DNA from: Podarcis filfolensis
Lineage: Eukaryota
Assembly: GCA_964270895.1 (NCBI GenBank)
Contig: OZ185437.1
DNA length: 64,000 nt
Direction: 5' to 3' (one strand)
Numbering within the stretch: position 1 is the first letter of the stretch; each line of letters opens with the position of its first letter. Positions 62,112 to 64,000 of the stretch are shown here, in pieces. The translations under genes were made by a program, and so were the position numbers. A model generated the notes under the pieces. That model saw nothing but the letters and a program-made list of their open reading frames with translations, was not told the DNA's origin and ran no database searches.

Positions 62112-62687
62112 TGTGATGGCCTGGGAATCCAATTCAGAGGCTGAACCGGAGGAATCCCAGCCTGCACAGGAGTCCCCGCCTCCAGGGCCGGCTGAACTGG
62201 GGCAGGGCCTTGATTCTGAAGCGCCTGCACCTGTGCCGGATCCTCAGGAGCAGGCACCAGGTGAATCCACTCTGGCTCCAGAGGTGGTTGAGGACTCAGT
62301 GCCTACAGGTGAGTCCCCCCCCCCTGGGCCCAGTAACCCTTCAGCCTCTCCTGAACTGCAGAGGCTCAGGGCAGAGAGGCGAAGGGAACTGGTTTCTCCC
62401 AGGAGGAGTGCTTGCCTTAAGGCCAGGAGAGGCGGGTCTCCTGGGGGCCGGGACCGCCCCTGGCCTCAGAGAAGATAAAGGCCAGTCAGCCCAGTCCCAG
62501 GTTGCGGGAGCAATGTCGTTGAGTACCTGTTCCTGCCCGGACCCAGACCTGACCCTCCAGTGTTCCTGTCCCCGCCCAGCTTCCTGCTTCAGACCTCGCC
62601 CCGCTCCTTGTGAACTGTTTCCAGGCTAGTGACCCAGGACCGGACTTTGACTACGCCAACGGTAACCTTTCCCCCGGGACCAGCACA
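62112..62687 (+). mobile_element. Solo LTR, family A copy 2
   Basis: TG...CA termini; perfect 5-bp TSD ACATG (62107-62111, 62688-62692). Confidence 0.9.
62116..62478 (+). CDS. LTR-embedded ORF, 120 aa (homolog of 15802-16230)
   Basis: MAWESNSEAEPEESQ...SPELQRLRAERRRELVSPRRSACLKARRGG...DRPWPQRR*; open frame. Confidence 0.55.
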   Translation: MAWESNSEAEPEESQPAQESPPPGPAELGQGLDSEAPAPVPDPQEQAPGESTLAPEVVEDSVPTGESPPPGPSNPSASPELQRLRAERRRELVSPRRSACLKARRGGSPGGRDRPWPQRR

Positions 62688-62717
62688 ACATGGCAGAATG
62701 TGTGGTGATATGAGACA

Positions 62718-62901
62718 TGTGGGATGTGAAACACAAGAGCAGTCAAGTACAACATCCCTAGAGTGGACATAAAAGGGGATGTTTGGACCAGCCAGTCGGA
62801 CCTTCCTGTTTCTCCTAGGCTGGGAAAGACTTCCTCTCTGTATGAGACTAGAGATGGGCATGACCTCACCTGCCCAGGTAACAAAAGAGCAGGACTGGTC
62901 A

Positions 62902-62956
<55 letters not shown>

Positions 62957-63361
62957 GCATTTGTCGAAGAAGCAACATCTGCTTAGCCCAAGATGCTCTC
63001 TTGGCTTCCAGCCAAGAGAGGACAAAGGAGCTATCTCCTTATCGGATAGTTTCCACATGTATATTACTTTTGTAACTTAAGTCTGCCTTCTGGGATCCAT
63101 TTGTGAACAGAATGTGAGTGAGTAAACTCTTTTCATACTTTTATAGAAGACTTACTTGTGTCTATCTTTTTATGAGGGACTAAATGGGGAATTACCAAGG
63201 AAACGTGTTTTAGAGGCTTTAGCGAGCCTGAGCAAACGCATCCGCTGTGAAAGTTTAAAAAGGGGAATGTTACTCCGCTAAATTGTAGAACTTGTTAACA
63301 CAAGTTGGAAAGGATATAATCAAACAATATATCGTCTCCTGCATCCTTGAACATTCCCACA
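62718..63361 (+). mobile_element. Solo LTR, family B copy 3, with an internal (CT)n at 62906-62952
   Basis: TGTGGGA...TCCCACA termini; flanks AGACA/AGGCG (degenerate); shared blocks with the other two copies. Confidence 0.8.
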
Positions 63362-63821
63362 AGGCGTTACACAATAGAAACATGTGGAGAAGCCAATATG
63401 CAGAGGTTGTTTTCTACTTCTCCTGCATGGGAGAAAAACTATGTTATGACCTGCCTTAAAGGTCTGGTTTCACCAGCACTTGGTAGTTCTTTCCCCACAT
63501 AAGTTTTACTAGAAGCAGGAATGCAGGGTTTTATATGTGTGATAGAAATGCGTCTAAAATCCCTACACCACTATTGCTGTGGCTGGCATGGAACCTGAGC
63601 TCTTAACCCAATGATTTCACCAGTGCAAATGGTCATAGAACCAACTCAGGCTGATCATGTTTGAAGGTATGAATAACACCTGAGGGAGAGAAACATCTTC
63701 ATGATAATAAGACAAAGCAAATTCTAAGAACAGATGTCACCAGAGGAACTCCAGCCATCAACATATATGTTAAATGCATTTAAAATGTCAGTGCAGGGTA
63801 CATTATAATGGATACTCGCTA

Positions 63822-64000
63822 CAGTGGTACCTCGGGTTAAGAACTTAATTTGTTCTGGAGGTCCATTCTTAACCTGAAACTGTTCTTAACCTGAGGTACC
63901 ACTTTGGCTAATGGGGCCTCCTGCTGCTGCCGCACCGCCACTGCTGTGAGATTTCTGTTCTCATCCCGAAGCAAAGTTCTTAACCTGAGGTACTATTTCT
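63822..64000 (+). mobile_element. Tc1/mariner MITE, copy 4 (runs off the window end)
   Basis: TA|CAGTGGTACCTCGGGTTAAGAACTTAAT. Confidence 0.9.

Overview
Vertebrate genomic DNA, almost certainly squamate and probably a lacertid lizard. This is inferred from the repeat landscape: Sauria SINE, Bov-B, CR1 with (GATTCTAT)n tails and L2. I could not confidently identify any host protein-coding exon, rRNA, tRNA or CRISPR array; the window looks intronic or intergenic and is dense in transposable elements. The elements include CR1, L2, Bov-B and RTEX-like LINE fragments, tRNA-derived SINEs, and many hAT and Tc1/mariner MITEs. There is also a Penelope-like inverted insertion with a hammerhead-ribozyme core and a decayed Ngaro-type tyrosine-recombinase retrotransposon (RT/RNaseH, YR, SGNH hydrolase) interrupted by an internal CR1 fragment. 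Two families of solo LTRs are present. The strongest lead is LTR family A (15798-16428 and 62112-62687). Both diverged copies keep an ORF that starts at LTR nucleotide 5 and ends at the TATA-like box. They differ mostly at synonymous sites in a conserved SPxLQRLRxERRRxL block, and they reconstruct to an ancestral RRSARL motif. This suggests an LTR(U3)-encoded accessory protein under purifying selection. Family names are from recall, not database searches, and all alignments were done by eye.
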